Positions 25,864-38,874 of a DNA stretch of 64,000 bases are shown here, one piece after another. The stretch is from Octopus sinensis (Eukaryota): positions 97,092,001 through 97,156,000 of the forward strand of contig NC_042999.1 in NCBI RefSeq assembly GCF_006345805.1. The letters are read 5' to 3'. Under the pieces are notes generated by a model. That model made no database searches and was not told where the DNA came from. It worked only from the letters and a program-made list of their open reading frames with translations. Made by a program: the position numbers and the translations under genes. The number at the start of each line of letters is the position of its first letter. Position 1 is the stretch's first letter.

Positions 25864-26465
25864 AGAAATATGAATTTCTTACTATTACTCACACACACAC
25901 ATACACAATCTGATATACTGAAAAGTTTGTCGGGCTGTAATAAACTTGGTGTACACAATTAAAATATGCATCTGTGTACCATACATAACTTATATACACT
26001 CGTGAGTCACTGATGAGACGATGTTTGCCTCACTCCCATATATACTGCGTTTTCTACACAGCATGTCTAGGAAGAGCTTTTCTCTTAGCCAAAAACACGT
26101 CATCATGTCTTTCAATGGTATGGTACACAGACGGCTATTTTAAGTTAATACTGTTTCAGATGCGTACATCGGATTTATCACAGCCCGACAAACTTTCCGC
26201 AATATCAGTGACTGAGTTGTTTATTGCTTTCAATATATCGGAGAGCATAAATTCCACATAGACATGTAAGAAGCGAGTTCATATTCTTGGCAAGGTCCAA
26301 GAAAGCCGAAACGTATCTAGTGTCCTCGTGAATCACTGCAAATGTTTGCCTCGCGCTGATATATATAGCGTTTTTAACACACGTCTATAAAGTGATTTCC
26401 TTCAGACAAAAAACACAGAAGCATATTTTCGGTGATCTATATACGTTAAGCAGAGTGCACAGATG

Positions 26466-26684
26466 GCTACTTTATGGCGTACTCCTGTAATCTAGCTACT
26501 CAGAGATTTCTTTGGTTGGTTGTCAGCTTTGAGGATGGAGTCCTGATGGTCGATTTTCTATGGTGACCGGGTGTCTGCGCTAAGTTCGGTAGACAAAATA
26601 CCCCGAGTCGAGCTGTAGTGCGATCGCACCTGTGAACAGTCGTCAGCTAGCAGCCTGTTCAATACAACTGAACTCCAACCTCTT
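26466..26684 (+). pseudogene. 7SL (SRP) RNA-derived sequence with internal deletion of the central S domain
   Basis: Four colinear blocks match metazoan 7SL as recalled: TGGCGTACTCCTGTAATCTAGCTACTC; GACCGGGTGTCTGCGCTAAGTTCGGT; CAAAATACCCCG...GTAGTGCGATCGCACCTGTGAACAG; CAGCCTGTTCAATACAA...CCAACCTCT. Length is ~219 nt versus ~300 nt for full 7SL. Confidence 0.8.
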
Positions 26685-26687
26685 CAT

Positions 26688-27092
26688 AGGCGCAGGTGTG
26701 GCTGTGTGGGAAGAAGTTGGCTTCCTAGCCACATGATTCCGGGTTCAGTCCCATTGCGTAGCACCTTGAGCAAGTGTCTTCTGCTATAGCCCCGTGCCCA
26801 TCAAAGTCTTTTGATAAGCGGAAACTGAAAGAAGCCCCATCCCCATATATATGTGTATATGTGTGTATGTATCTGTCTATCTATCAATCAATCTATCTAT
26901 TTATAAGTGTGTGCATGTGCTTGTGTTTGTGCTTGTGCTTCTCTACGTTGCCTACGTCGACCGATTTGGCAAAAGAGACCGATAAAACAACTGTCAGGTT
27001 TTAAAATCGAAGTACTGGGGGGTCGATTCGCTCGACTACAGTCCTTCAAACTAGTGCCCCAGCGTGGCCATGATCAACTGACTGAAACAATA
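26688..27092 (+). mobile_element. tRNA-derived SINE, family C (AGGCGCAGG.GTGGCTGTGTGG head)
   Basis: Head with CCGGGTTCAGTCCC B-box-like motif, GCACCTTGAGCAAGTGTCTTCT core, internal TG/TA microsatellite and CCAGCGTGGCC...TGACTGAAACA 3' end. Related copies at 32788-33210, 29690-29850 (-), 31630-31740, 3465-3635 (-). Confidence 0.85.
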
Positions 27093-27116
27093 TATGTGTG
27101 TATGTATACACACACA

Positions 27117-27153
<37 letters not shown>

Positions 27154-27438
27154 ACAGCCACACACACACTAATTTTTCATGCAGTCACTCCTGGCCAGCT
27201 CATCATTAAAATGAGGCTGTCCAATTGGAAATATTACTAGCCGACGGTAGATCAGAGATTCTTCTTCTCATCCTAGTCACAGATTATTAACTATGGCCAG
27301 CGGGTGGTTAAAATTTTTATGGATATAAATCCTATGCTCATTCAGCTTTGTGAACTGATATTGTTTACTTGATTTTTAGTGAAATGCTATCTCTAAGAAA
27401 TTGGCTGTCGTTAATTTTACGTTAGTAGTTGATTAAGA

Positions 27439-27510
27439 CAGGGGCTCCCAGCCACTGGTGTGCAGACCAGTGCTGGGCCGTGCATCATTTGGTACCGGGC
27501 CGCACAAAAA
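27439..27510 (+). mobile_element. Left end of a hAT (Charlie/MER1-like) non-autonomous element
   Basis: CAGGGGCTCCCAGCC...GACCAGTGCTGGGCCGTG...GGTACCGGGCCGCACA resembles recalled CAGGGG-terminated hAT MITE ends. The right end was not found. Confidence 0.45.
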
Positions 27511-27699
27511 GAATAATGTAAGAATGATGTAAAAATAATGTAGGAATAACGCAAAGACCGATTCAGAGTGACGCGATAAATAACAAAGCTGGACATTTGA
27601 ATTACAGGATCCATGTATTTCATGGGCTTCACACAGTTTCCGGTTGCTCGGTGGCAGATCTTTTTGGCTACGAAATAAATACATACATAGATGGAGAGA

Positions 27700-27802
27700 T
27701 ATTTAAATAGACAGACTACAGAGAGGGGGGAAAGAGAGGGACAGGGGTAGAGGGGGAACGAGGGGGGAAGAGGGGAGGGAGAGGGGAGAAAGAGAGAGAG
27801 AG

Positions 27803-27872
<70 letters not shown>

Positions 27873-27997
27873 GCAGGCAGGCAGGCAGGCAAACAGATAG
27901 GCAGGCAGGCAGGCAGGCAGGTAGGCAAGCAGACAGACAGATAGATAGACAGACAGACAGAAAGACGAACAGACAGATAAACACACAGACAGACAAT

Positions 27998-28084
<87 letters not shown>

Positions 28085-28085
28085 G
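27700..28085. repeat. Compound (GA)/(TAGA)/(CAGG)/(CAGA) microsatellite
   Basis: Directly visible. Similar blocks occur at 30140-30330 and 36430-36710. Confidence 0.95.
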
Positions 28086-28369
28086 CAGACTGACCGGCCA
28101 ACATATTGTCTCTAAGAAATGGATTTCACAAATCACATAAAACGTGGTTTCTCACACATTGGGAGAAACCTTTCCATCAAAGCAAACTTAAATAATGGAC
28201 TTAAATATATTTGACATCAAACGAGTGCATCTCAGTAGACAATACTGTTAAGCGGGTGCATGTTGTGCCGGGTACAAAGTGTGCACTGTGACACAAGTCC
28301 TTAGTGTACTGGCTGACCACTTGCTGGAATATACCTTCATTTTGTTCTAGGTTGCATTCAGGAAGTAGT

Positions 28370-29415
28370 AGTGGTGGTGATAGTGGTAGTGGTTTTGGTG
28401 GTGGTTGTGGTGGCGGCGGTTGTGGCGGCGGTTGAGGCGGTGGTTGTGGTGGTGGTGGTGGTGGTGGGAGGATATGTAATTGTGATGGTTTATTGTGGTT
28501 GTTGTGATGTTTATTGTTGTTGTTGTAGTGGTGGTGGCGCTGCTGCTGCTGTTGCTGCCGTTGTAGTTGTTGTAGTTGTAGTTGTGGCTGTGGTGGTGGT
28601 AGTGGTGGTGGTGGTGGTGGTAGTGGTGGTGGTGGTGTTGGCTGTGGTTGTGGTGGTAGTGGTGGTGACGGTGGCAGTGGCGTTAATTGTCAGAGTTGTG
28701 GTGGGGGTGGGGGTAGAAGATGGTGGTGGTCATGTATGTAGTGCTATATAGTGCTGATGAGGAGGTGGGAAAGATGTTAAGTAACGAGGGGGTGTTCGTG
28801 GCTACAATCTCCAGTATTTGAGTAATGTCCGCTAGAATAACATGAACAATAGTAACAATAACAACACCAACAATAACTACCACGACTACTACTACTACTA
28901 CTACAAAGACGACAACGATGACACCAACAAACTGAAGAAAAAAGAAAAACGGAATTGTCATATAGAAGAAAAGAATGTATCGACCAATAAATATTGACAT
29001 TTGAAGAGGTTTACGGGTTTTTTCGGCATTTTTCGGTGCTCTCTGAACAATCATGTGACTGGTTAACTATCAGGGGGTAATAGTAGGGAGAAACGGTAAT
29101 GTTAGTGGTGGTGGTGGTGGTGGTGGTGGTGGTGGTTTTGGTGGTGGTGGTGGTGGTGGTGGTGGTAGCGGCGATGGCGGCGGTGGTATTTGCAGGAGTT
29201 ATTGGGGTGGCTGTGAAAATAGTTTGGAGATACGTATGATGGTGGCTGTCGTGAAAGTGATAGTGGTGATAGTAGTGATAGTGGTGGTGGTGGTGGTCGT
29301 CGTGGTGGTTGTGGTGGTGGTGGTGGTGGTGTGGCGGCGGCGGCAATACTTTTGTTATTGTTGCTACTGATGTTTCTGTTGTGTTGTGGTTGTTGTTGTT
29401 GTTGTTGTTGTTGTT
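28370..29415. repeat. Compound trinucleotide low-complexity block (GTG/GTT/GTA, ACT/ACA)
   Basis: Directly visible; source of the poly-V, poly-T and poly-H ORFs. Confidence 0.95.
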
Positions 29416-30141
29416 GCTTAGAATCAAGTTAACCCTGATTAAACAGACCTATGATCAAAGGTGTTCCAGCCATAGCCATCCCGTCTTTTTATGAGGGTCA
29501 ATTTTTATGGCCACATTCCCAGTAATCTAAGCCTACATTAGCTAATGTTTTCTTTTGCATGAGTGCTAGTGTGAATTAAGGGAGACACCCACATGATAGT
29601 GTTGTTGTTGTTTTTGTTGTTGTTGTTGTTGTTGTTGTTCTTCTTCTTCTTCTTCTTCTTCTTTTTTTTTTCTTCTTTTCTTTTTCTTCTTGGATCCTTT
29701 CAGTTCCTGTCTACCAAATCCACCTACAAGACTTTGGTTGGCCAGGGGCTATAGTAGAAAATATTTGCCCAAGGCGCCTCGCAGTGGATCTGAACCCAGG
29801 ACCACTTGGTTGTGAAGCAAGCCTCTTAATCATACAGTTATGCTTGCACCTATAATTCTTCTTCTACAACCTCTCCTTGTTCCTCACCTTATTCTTCCTT
29901 TCCATCGCTTCCACATTGCCCTACCTTCTCATTCTGTCGGCACTGCGTCCACCCACTGATCTCATCTCCCTTCCACCCCAACCGAAGAAACCTCTATGCG
30001 ATTGTTCGTCTGTTAGAGATAGTAGTCACCATCTTAAAGAAGTGAAGGACTTGTTTGATATATATGGTTGAAACACCTTTAGCATAGGGCTGCTTCTCCA
30101 GAAATTAGCTAAGGTTAAAATTATAATTCAAATAACAGTCG

Positions 30142-30232
<91 letters not shown>

Positions 30233-31380
30233 CAGACAGATAGACAGATAGACAGATAGACAGATAGACAGACAGACAGACAAACAAACGACAGAGAGAC
30301 AGACGGACAGACAGGCAGATAGATAGATAGCAAAGGAAGGTGAATCATTCGTAAGCGTACAAATTAGTGTGTGTATGTGTGTGAGTAGGGGGTCTCTGAA
30401 CAAACTCCCTATCTCCTGTGCCTGTCTGTCTGACTTCCATGCATATTTCCAATGACCCCCCCCCCCCCCAACCCACCTTAAAACTAACCAGCCAATAGCC
30501 TCCCAGTTTGATTTGCATTGCAATGTATATGTGCTGGTCAACAGTGACAGTTCAATGAAACATTCGGAAAGAGTGGACGTACAATGACGGACGTAACCGA
30601 ACTTATGAGAAGAGAAATACACAAACAAGCATAAGTACATTATCAGAATTAGGTTGCTCGCGTGCAAATACAGTGATTATCTTCATATCCAACAGATAAT
30701 ATCGGATTATCATCACTGAAAATCCAACGATATTTGATATTTTATTTCACAAATTTATATGTGTTGTGTATGCTGCTTTGTTTTAAATCTAATTCTGAAG
30801 AAAATCTTCCCAAGTACCAAAGATGTCATCTGCTTTCTTGATGACTTTTTATTCGTTGCTATTTTGCATTCTAATCCAGGTAAAGTAATCTTTCTACTTC
30901 TATGTGGGTGTATGTGTTTAAATTCTTTAGAGGTACTGCTGACATAATTGAGCAATAACTAAGATGTGTATTAGACATAGTGCAGTTTCGACTCTATATT
31001 GAAACCCATCAACCTCAAACTGAAATGCTCTTGTAATATATGTTTTCTAACTTCCGTTATACTGAGCAACAATTTCATTAGAGATTAACATTTCCCCAGA
31101 TAAGACTTCAGCTATCACAGATAATAATCTAGTACTGATTCTTATCGGCAGCTAGGCGGAATAAAGCAGTGTTCTGCCAAGAAATACAACCAAAAGCTAT
31201 AACGAATATGAACAAACTATAAACATGTTGTCGAGTACCATAAATATTCGGCCAATACATAAGTGATGTTGGGAAAGACATGAATGTCACAACTTATCAA
31301 TTATATATATATGTATGTATGTGTGTGTAGTAGTAACTGATTATAGTGTAGTTTGGTCAAATTACCGTTATAAGGCTCTG

Positions 31381-31411
<31 letters not shown>

Positions 31412-32751
31412 TGTACTTACATCATTGATGCCTCTAATACTAACACATCAAATCATTTCTCGATAGCGATACTGTTTACAATGACGTGTGTGTGTTTGTA
31501 TGTGTGTGGGTGTTTGTGTGTGTGTGTAGGTATGTATATGGTTGTGTGTATGTATACACACAAACACACACACACACAAATATATATACGTCATAATGGT
31601 GGGATACATATTTGTAATATTTGTGAAACACCCAACCATATGGTCTTGGGTTCAGTTCCACTGCGAGGCACCTTGGACAATTGTCTTCTATGATAGCCCC
31701 TGCCGATCAAAGCCTTGTGAGTGGATTTAGTATAGACAGTATACACGCACACACACACACACACATGTATATACTTATGTATATACATGCATACATATAC
31801 ATACATACATACATACATACATGCATACATACATACATACATACATACATACATGCATGCATACATACATACATACATACATGCATACATACCATACTAT
31901 ACCATGTCATACCATACGATACAGCTACAGGTGACGAATCTATGACTTTCTTTTAATTCCCAGCTGTAGGCATTTCATCGATAATCCCGCCAAAACTGAT
32001 ACCCGTGTCAACGAGAAAGAATTCACGCAATTTTCGATCTGCTTGAAAAAGCAATCAAATTTTCATGTGTATGAAGAAAGGAGGCAATTGGTTAATGTAG
32101 TTCTAGATACACAATGCCTGAATAACCTAACCCTAACCCTAATCTTAACTTATTCTCTTACTACTTTTCATTATTCCTCATTTTCTTCTCATTTTAACCT
32201 CTTTCTTATTGTCCTCTCTTATTCTGACTGCATTGTGCTTCATGTACTGTTATCTCCTTCCCACGAAGAAGCCTTATGGGGTCGCTGAATCACATGGAGA
32301 AAGCAGTAACCATCTTAAAAGAGTGAAGGACTTAATGAATGGATCAGAGCTCAAAGTTCTTTGAACATAGTTTGCTTGACCAGATGTGGTAGACTGAGAG
32401 AGGTGAGGAGAGAGAGAGATATATATGGAGAGAGAGAGAGAGAGAAAGAAGGTGAATGAGAGAAATAGAAAGCCATCAACTTGATGACTTTTTGTGTTTC
32501 TGTATCTCTTTCATCATAAGTCTGCTCAATGAGGGCTGACTTGGGTCAAAACAAGAACAATGGTGTTTCGCTTAATGTCGATAGAGTAAAGAGATAAAAA
32601 GACTGTGATCAGTTGAATTGGGTTGACAAGACACTTCTAACAAATGTCGTGATTTGTTGGAAAGATATTTTCTCTAATGAAAATCTCTATATTATTTGTT
32701 TTCCTATCATAGGGCACAACTTACTTTTGTCCTTTTTTACTGGAGAAAATA

Positions 32752-32950
32752 CTAGGTAGGATCAATAAGTATCCGGACCGTTGCTGTAGGCGTAGGAGTG
32801 ACTGTGTGGTAAGTAACTTGCTAACGAACCACATGGTTCCGGGTTCAGTCCCACAGCGTGGCACCTTGGGCAAGTGTCTTCTACTATAACCTCGGGCCGA
32901 CCAAAGTGAGTGGATTTGGTAGACGGAAACTGAAAGAAGCCCGTCGTATG

Positions 32951-32990
<40 letters not shown>

Positions 32991-33730
32991 AATGTATGTA
33001 TATATGTATATATGCATGTATGTATGTGTGTGTATATGTTTGTGTGTCTGTGTTTGTCCCCCCCCCCCCAAACATCGCTTGACAACCAATGCTGGTGTGT
33101 TTATGTCCCTGTAACTTAGCGGTTCCGCAAAAGAGACCGATAGAATAAGTACTAGGCTTACAAAGAATAAGTCCTGGGGTCGATTTGTTCGACTAAAGGC
33201 AGTGCTCCAGAGAAAATTGTCAAGGCGATACCTGCTCAGAGACCCGCGCAAAGTTGCAGAAATCGTATGGAGAAATCGTATGAGCCGTACACAAGTGTAC
33301 AAGTGGTTCAGACCTTTCCAAAATGGCATAAAAATGTCGATATTGATGAACGTTCTGGGAGACCTGCAACCAGCAGAATTGAGAAAAATATCGCAGATGC
33401 GCGTGCAGCTGTGAAGGGAAATCGTCGAATCACCATCCATGAGTTATCAGACGAAGTGCAGATTAGTTACAGTTCAGTTCAGTCCATTACCACTGAAGAT
33501 TCGGGTAAGAGACGTGCGTCTGCCAAGTTTGCGCCAAAACTGCTTTCAGCTGAGGAAAAAGACATTCGGGTTTCAGTTGCAGAAGATCTCCTTGATTGTG
33601 TCGAGAACGATGAAAACTTTTTGAAAACTTTGCGTAGAGCTCTGAGCAACTATCGCTAGGCTTTAGATAAAATTTGATGCAGACTCTCTGTTCAACTTTC
33701 CCTGTCAGGGTCAATGCGACGATCACTTAT
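32752..33730 (+). mobile_element. Mariner (Tc1/mariner) element relic: left TIR, transposase N-terminal HTH region and an inverted copy of the N-terminus; interrupted by a family C SINE
   Basis: GATCAATAAGTATCCGGAC TIR-like motif at ~32760. Frames read MSRTQVYKWF and DERSGRPATSRIEKNIADARAAVKGNRRITIHELSDEVQISYSSVQSI..RRASAKFAPKLL. The minus strand at 33630-33705 reads KVEQRVCIKFYLK. Confidence 0.85.
32788..33210 (+). mobile_element. Family C SINE, 3'-truncated, nested in the mariner relic
   Basis: AGGCGTAGGAGTGACTGTGTGGTAAG...CCGGGTTCAGTCCC head; ends abruptly at GTGCTCCAG. Confidence 0.9.
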
Positions 33731-33763
33731 AATCGAACCCAAATGACCTTCATCATACACACA

Positions 33764-33829
<66 letters not shown>

Positions 33830-34229
33830 ACTCACTCACTCACATGCATGTATCTCTATGCATATGTACCTTTCAGTGAAAACCAGTGCATTTGGTTAAA
33901 AGACTCCTTAGTATTTGTTCTTTCCAAGTTGCCCAAAGATTCCCTTGTTATACCCACAATTGTAAATGCAGTGAACAATTGGTTGAACAGATGCAAAGTT
34001 GTAACAGTAAGGATTACAAAATAGTTCGCAAAATAATGGCATAAAATTTTAAAACTAAAAGCAATTTTGAAATAAGAGGTCACTTTCTACTTTAAAACTT
34101 AAAAAACTTTTACAACAAAGCAGTAATGAAAATTTCCTCTAAGATATAATTATTTTGGACCTTGGGAATTACTTAGAACTGATGGTATATAACATTCCGC
34201 AAATGCCTTCCATTTCCAGCTTTATAGAA

Positions 34230-34400
34230 TCAAAATATTTCTAGGTAGTGCTCCATAAAAGCTTGTAATGTATACGGCACCACTGTTCTTGTCAAATACT
34301 TTTCTTCGGTTCCGGTAGTGTTTACATAAACTCTTTCTTTAAGATAACCCGAAAGGAAAATAATCGTGACCAGTCAAATTTGAAATGGAAAGTGACGTTT
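34230..34400 (-). mobile_element. Tc1/mariner transposase C-terminal relic
   Basis: Minus strand reads SNLTGHDYF / LSGYLKERVYVN, resembling SPDLTPCDFFLWGYLKERVY.N. Confidence 0.55.
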
Positions 34401-35448
34401 GCTCCATCCTATACTTTGTTAATAAGGTCTCCTTTGAAATCTTTATCGTGTTTTTCCTTCATGTTTTTAAATATTCTATATTGTGCCTTTAAGAGACTTT
34501 TATGGTATGTTTGTTTTATAAATGTTTAAAGAGATAGATTTGGGAAGCGGGATAATTGAGAAATCCTATAAGCACACTCACCAGCTATTTGTCTACAGAT
34601 CATGGCTCTTTCTCAAAATAGTCTACAAAAATATTTTTATCCAAACCAATCTGTGTTTTGAGAAAGGAAAACAAGTGAACTACTGACAAACAACCTCTGA
34701 GCGTGTTTATAGGTTTTATAAATTGTGTAACTTCCCGAATATAACAATAACGATTTTGACAAACGGTTCCATATAAAAATATGGAAAAGCCAATTCAAAA
34801 ATTTTAAGTGTTTCTCATTTTTGTTTTTACTAAACTTTTTTCACACCTCTCATTATATACTCATGATAATGAAGCTCCAAATAATTTTGGAATTGCAATC
34901 AGATCGGAATTCGTCTGGCACCAAGGATTTCATTAAAAGAAAACTTCTGTTGTTTAAATGTACATGATTCAATAAAATGTCATCCTAAATGTAATAGACC
35001 ATACACTAAATGTAATAGACCATACACTAAAAGGTAAGCCTCCATATGCTCGCTTGATCCACTAGAAATACCAGCCAAATCTCTCACAAGTCACACCCTA
35101 GACAAAGGTATACAAAATTACGAGATAGTTAGGGTTATATCATTATATGTTATATCATTATATAGATGTCTTTTTTCTGCCAAGGTCGACTTTGCCTTCT
35201 ATCCTTTCGGAGTCGATAAAATAAGTACTAGTTGAGCATTAGGGGTAATTGTAATCGACTAAAGTAGTAAGAACTATTTCAGTATATAGAAATGCATAGA
35301 ATGTGTGTATGCAATGTATTAAGCGGTTAGGTGAGACTAAATTTTCTCGAAGAATCCCAAAGAATTATTCCTAACCATGCACGCTCTTCTCTCTCTCACT
35401 CTCGCTTTCTCTCTTTCTCTCTCTCTCTCTCACTCTCGCTTTCTCTCT

Positions 35449-35487
<39 letters not shown>

Positions 35488-35562
35488 GCTTTCTCTCTTT
35501 CTCTCTCTCACTCACTTTAAGCCCCGCACTCACTCGCTCTTCCTCTCTCCCTTTCTCACTCT

Positions 35563-35595
<33 letters not shown>

Positions 35596-36434
35596 GCACA
35601 CACACACACATACACATTTTCCTCGAGACATGCACATTCACCCATATACATATACTCATAAGATTCCATGAAAACACGGCAAACACGAACATTCTTTACC
35701 GCACTAATAGCACAAAACTGACCCCATTACTAAAATTACTTTCTCTTTCGAGTCACACCAGTCATTAACCGTCACTTCTCCGATTCCATTATTTATTTCA
35801 GCTTCCTTTCTTTTAAACTGAGATCCGTATTTCTTCTTTGGATACTCTTGAAATGATGAACTTCATTCTATAAAGTTGTGATTCATTTTAGAATCAGAAC
35901 TTTGTAGAGGGATTTAGGATCTTTTGGAGTTCTATATAGACTTGGAGTGATAATTATTGTATGATGTATTCAATTAAGATTCTAGAGAATCATTTATAAC
36001 CTGAGGACGACACTGATTACCTACTGAAGTTTCTCAAGACGTGTGTCTAACTATCAGTCAATATGTTTTTGTGACGTATAACCAATTTGATTTTGAAATT
36101 CATTTAAACCAACCCTAATAAAAAAACATTAACCATGTCTAAGTTAACTAAAACTGCCTAACCAAGATTAAATTTTCCAATAGAAAACTGACTATTCTAT
36201 TTAAGCCCGAATTAGCTGTGATAAAAATGAGAGAACTAATCAAATCTAGTCAGATCAAGATTAACATAACAATCACCGAATTAATCAAGATTACTGAGTG
36301 ATCAGACTAGCGGGGATTCTAAACAACTGATCACGCCAAAATTTACCTGAATCAAGGTGAGTAATAAGCTCGGGCATCTGAGAGGTCAGAGGTTCGCGCC
36401 AGGTCGCTTTTAGTACACTGTACATATAGACAAG

Positions 36435-36580
<146 letters not shown>

Positions 36581-36620
36581 TGCAGAGATGCAGACAGACA
36601 GACAAATAGATAGATAGAGC

Positions 36621-36712
<92 letters not shown>

Positions 36713-36974
36713 TGCAGAGATAAAAAGATAAATCGACATATTGAAGAGCTTAGAGATGGAGAGAGAGAAAGAGAAAGAGGGAGAGGAATGCATCCCTCTC
36801 ATATAGGTAGCTTATGTGCTGCATGGAGGCTATTTTCTTCGTGTAGCTTCGTTGTATTGCCTCAAGTTCTGCGATTAATTTGGCACTGGTTGGTGATCAT
36901 AGCTGGGAGCAATAGTCAAAGTGGCTTTGGACAAGAATCCTCCAGAGAACCATCATGGTTTCCCGATCTCTAGT

Positions 36975-38450
36975 TCTAAAAGTTCTAAGAATCCATCAGG
37001 TCAGCCGCCTGCATTTCATTGCCAACTTAGCAACATGCACATGGAAGGATGCATCATTACTCATGTAAATATCCAGGTCTCGCACTGACTGTGTCTCTGG
37101 AATTGCAATCCCTCCAGGTCCAGTGTATTTACTTGGTATTGCATTTAGTTCTGCATGCTGATGGCACAAGGCTTGAAACTTTTCAATATTAAACTGCATG
37201 CTATTCTTTTCAGCCCACTTGTATATTTCATCCAACTCACGTTGCAGGTGCATAGTATCTTCAGGGTTCTGTATCACCTGTGAGACTTTTGTATCATCTA
37301 CATAACTTGTGATTGTGCCTCTCCGTGTGGTTGAGGGCATATGTGAGAGGGCCATTATGAATAGTAGTGGTCCCAAAACAGTGCCTTGCGGAACACCGCT
37401 CACTATTTGCATGTCATTAGAGGTTACTACTACTACCTTCAGAAAGTCACGTGATCATTCTCCCAATTTTCCGACAATGCCGTTCGTGACCCATCATTCC
37501 GTGATCAACTTTATCGAAGGCCTTTGCAAAGTCGAGATATACCACTTCCACATTTGAGTGGTTGAGCAGCTGCTCCAAAACCCAGTCATAGTATTGTAAG
37601 AGCTGAGTCAGGAAGCTTCTTCTGGTCGGGAACCATATTGGGTATCAGTCAGCAAGTCATTTTCCTCAAAGAAGGTGATTAGTTTTCTTCTGACTATTCG
37701 TTCCATGACTTTGCTGATGTGCAAGGTCAGAGAGATAGGTCTGTAGTTTTGGGCCTCTGCTCTGCTACGTCCTTTATGAATAGGGCATATTTTACCCGCC
37801 TTCAGCTTACTTGGAAGTTTGCCAGTTGCAAGGAAGCTCTGAAAGAGGGACGGCAGTGGTCTTGCTAACATGCTTTTAGAAAGATTGCTGGAAATCTATC
37901 AGGGCCAGTAACTGAGTTCGAGTTAATTTCATCTATAGCCCTTATTACATCGTCTTCTTTTATATTGATGTTATCAATCATCACTGCCTATTTTTATATC
38001 TGCAGCGGTAAAACAAAAAGTCAGCTGCATTGCTGACTTGCAAGTATCCTAGGGGTGGAGTGAAAAGGCTTTTGAATTGTCCATTTAGTATTTCACTTAT
38101 CCTCATTGGGCTTCCTGTGGGTGAACCATCTTTTTCGAGTAGTGGCCCCACCCTGCAGTGCACTAAGGCTGTTTCTTTGACAAACTTGTGGAAGGCTCTG
38201 GGGTTAGATTTTACATTGTCTATAGCCCAAATTTCTTTGTCTGCTCTTTCTTTTTCCTGGGAGGGTTGCAGATGTTTTTCAATCTCCAGTAGTTATATTT
38301 TCAGGCGGGATTTTTCACTACTTTCAATTTGTTTGTTTAGGCGATTTGAAATTTTTGTACGCCGTCTCATAAGAATTTTCCTCTCTCTAAGGATTTTGTT
38401 CTTGTGTACAGTGGCCTTTCACTCCGGGACACATTTGTAGCATATGGCTT
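36975..38450 (-). mobile_element. CR1-group LINE fragment (pre-RT and RT core), truncated at both ends
   Basis: NYRPISLTLHISKVMERIV..TQYGSR; SGVPQGTVLGPLLF..SYVDDTK..LQRELDEIYKWAEKNSMQFNIEKF. Frameshifted, with an internal deletion. Confidence 0.9.
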
Positions 38451-38511
38451 GCATTACAGACATGAAGTTTTGAAGTTATATGTATGTATTTATAATATAC
38501 TATTATAAATG

Positions 38512-38548
<37 letters not shown>

Positions 38549-38874
38549 AAACATACATACGTACATACATACATACATACATACATACATACATACATAC
38601 ATACATACATACATGCATACATGCATGCATGCAAACATCCATATACTAAGCAGCATATTTTGGATCATGGAAATGTCCTATAAGATTACCTTATACAAGT
38701 ACCCAAGATTTTTGCCCAAAGCTGCGTTATATAATCGAAAACACTGAACAAATATAAAATACAACTTGTTTGCTTCTTAGCTTTCCGTGAATCAAAACAA
38801 ATGGTAGAGTGTGAGTGATTTCGATCTTAGCTTTGTTTCTTTTCTGAGGCCACGTTCTATAGATACGTATCTAC

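Noticed and set aside
28371-29427. Poly-Val 'membrane' ORF and His/Thr-rich ORFs
   Set aside because: Translations of a GTG/GTT trinucleotide block.
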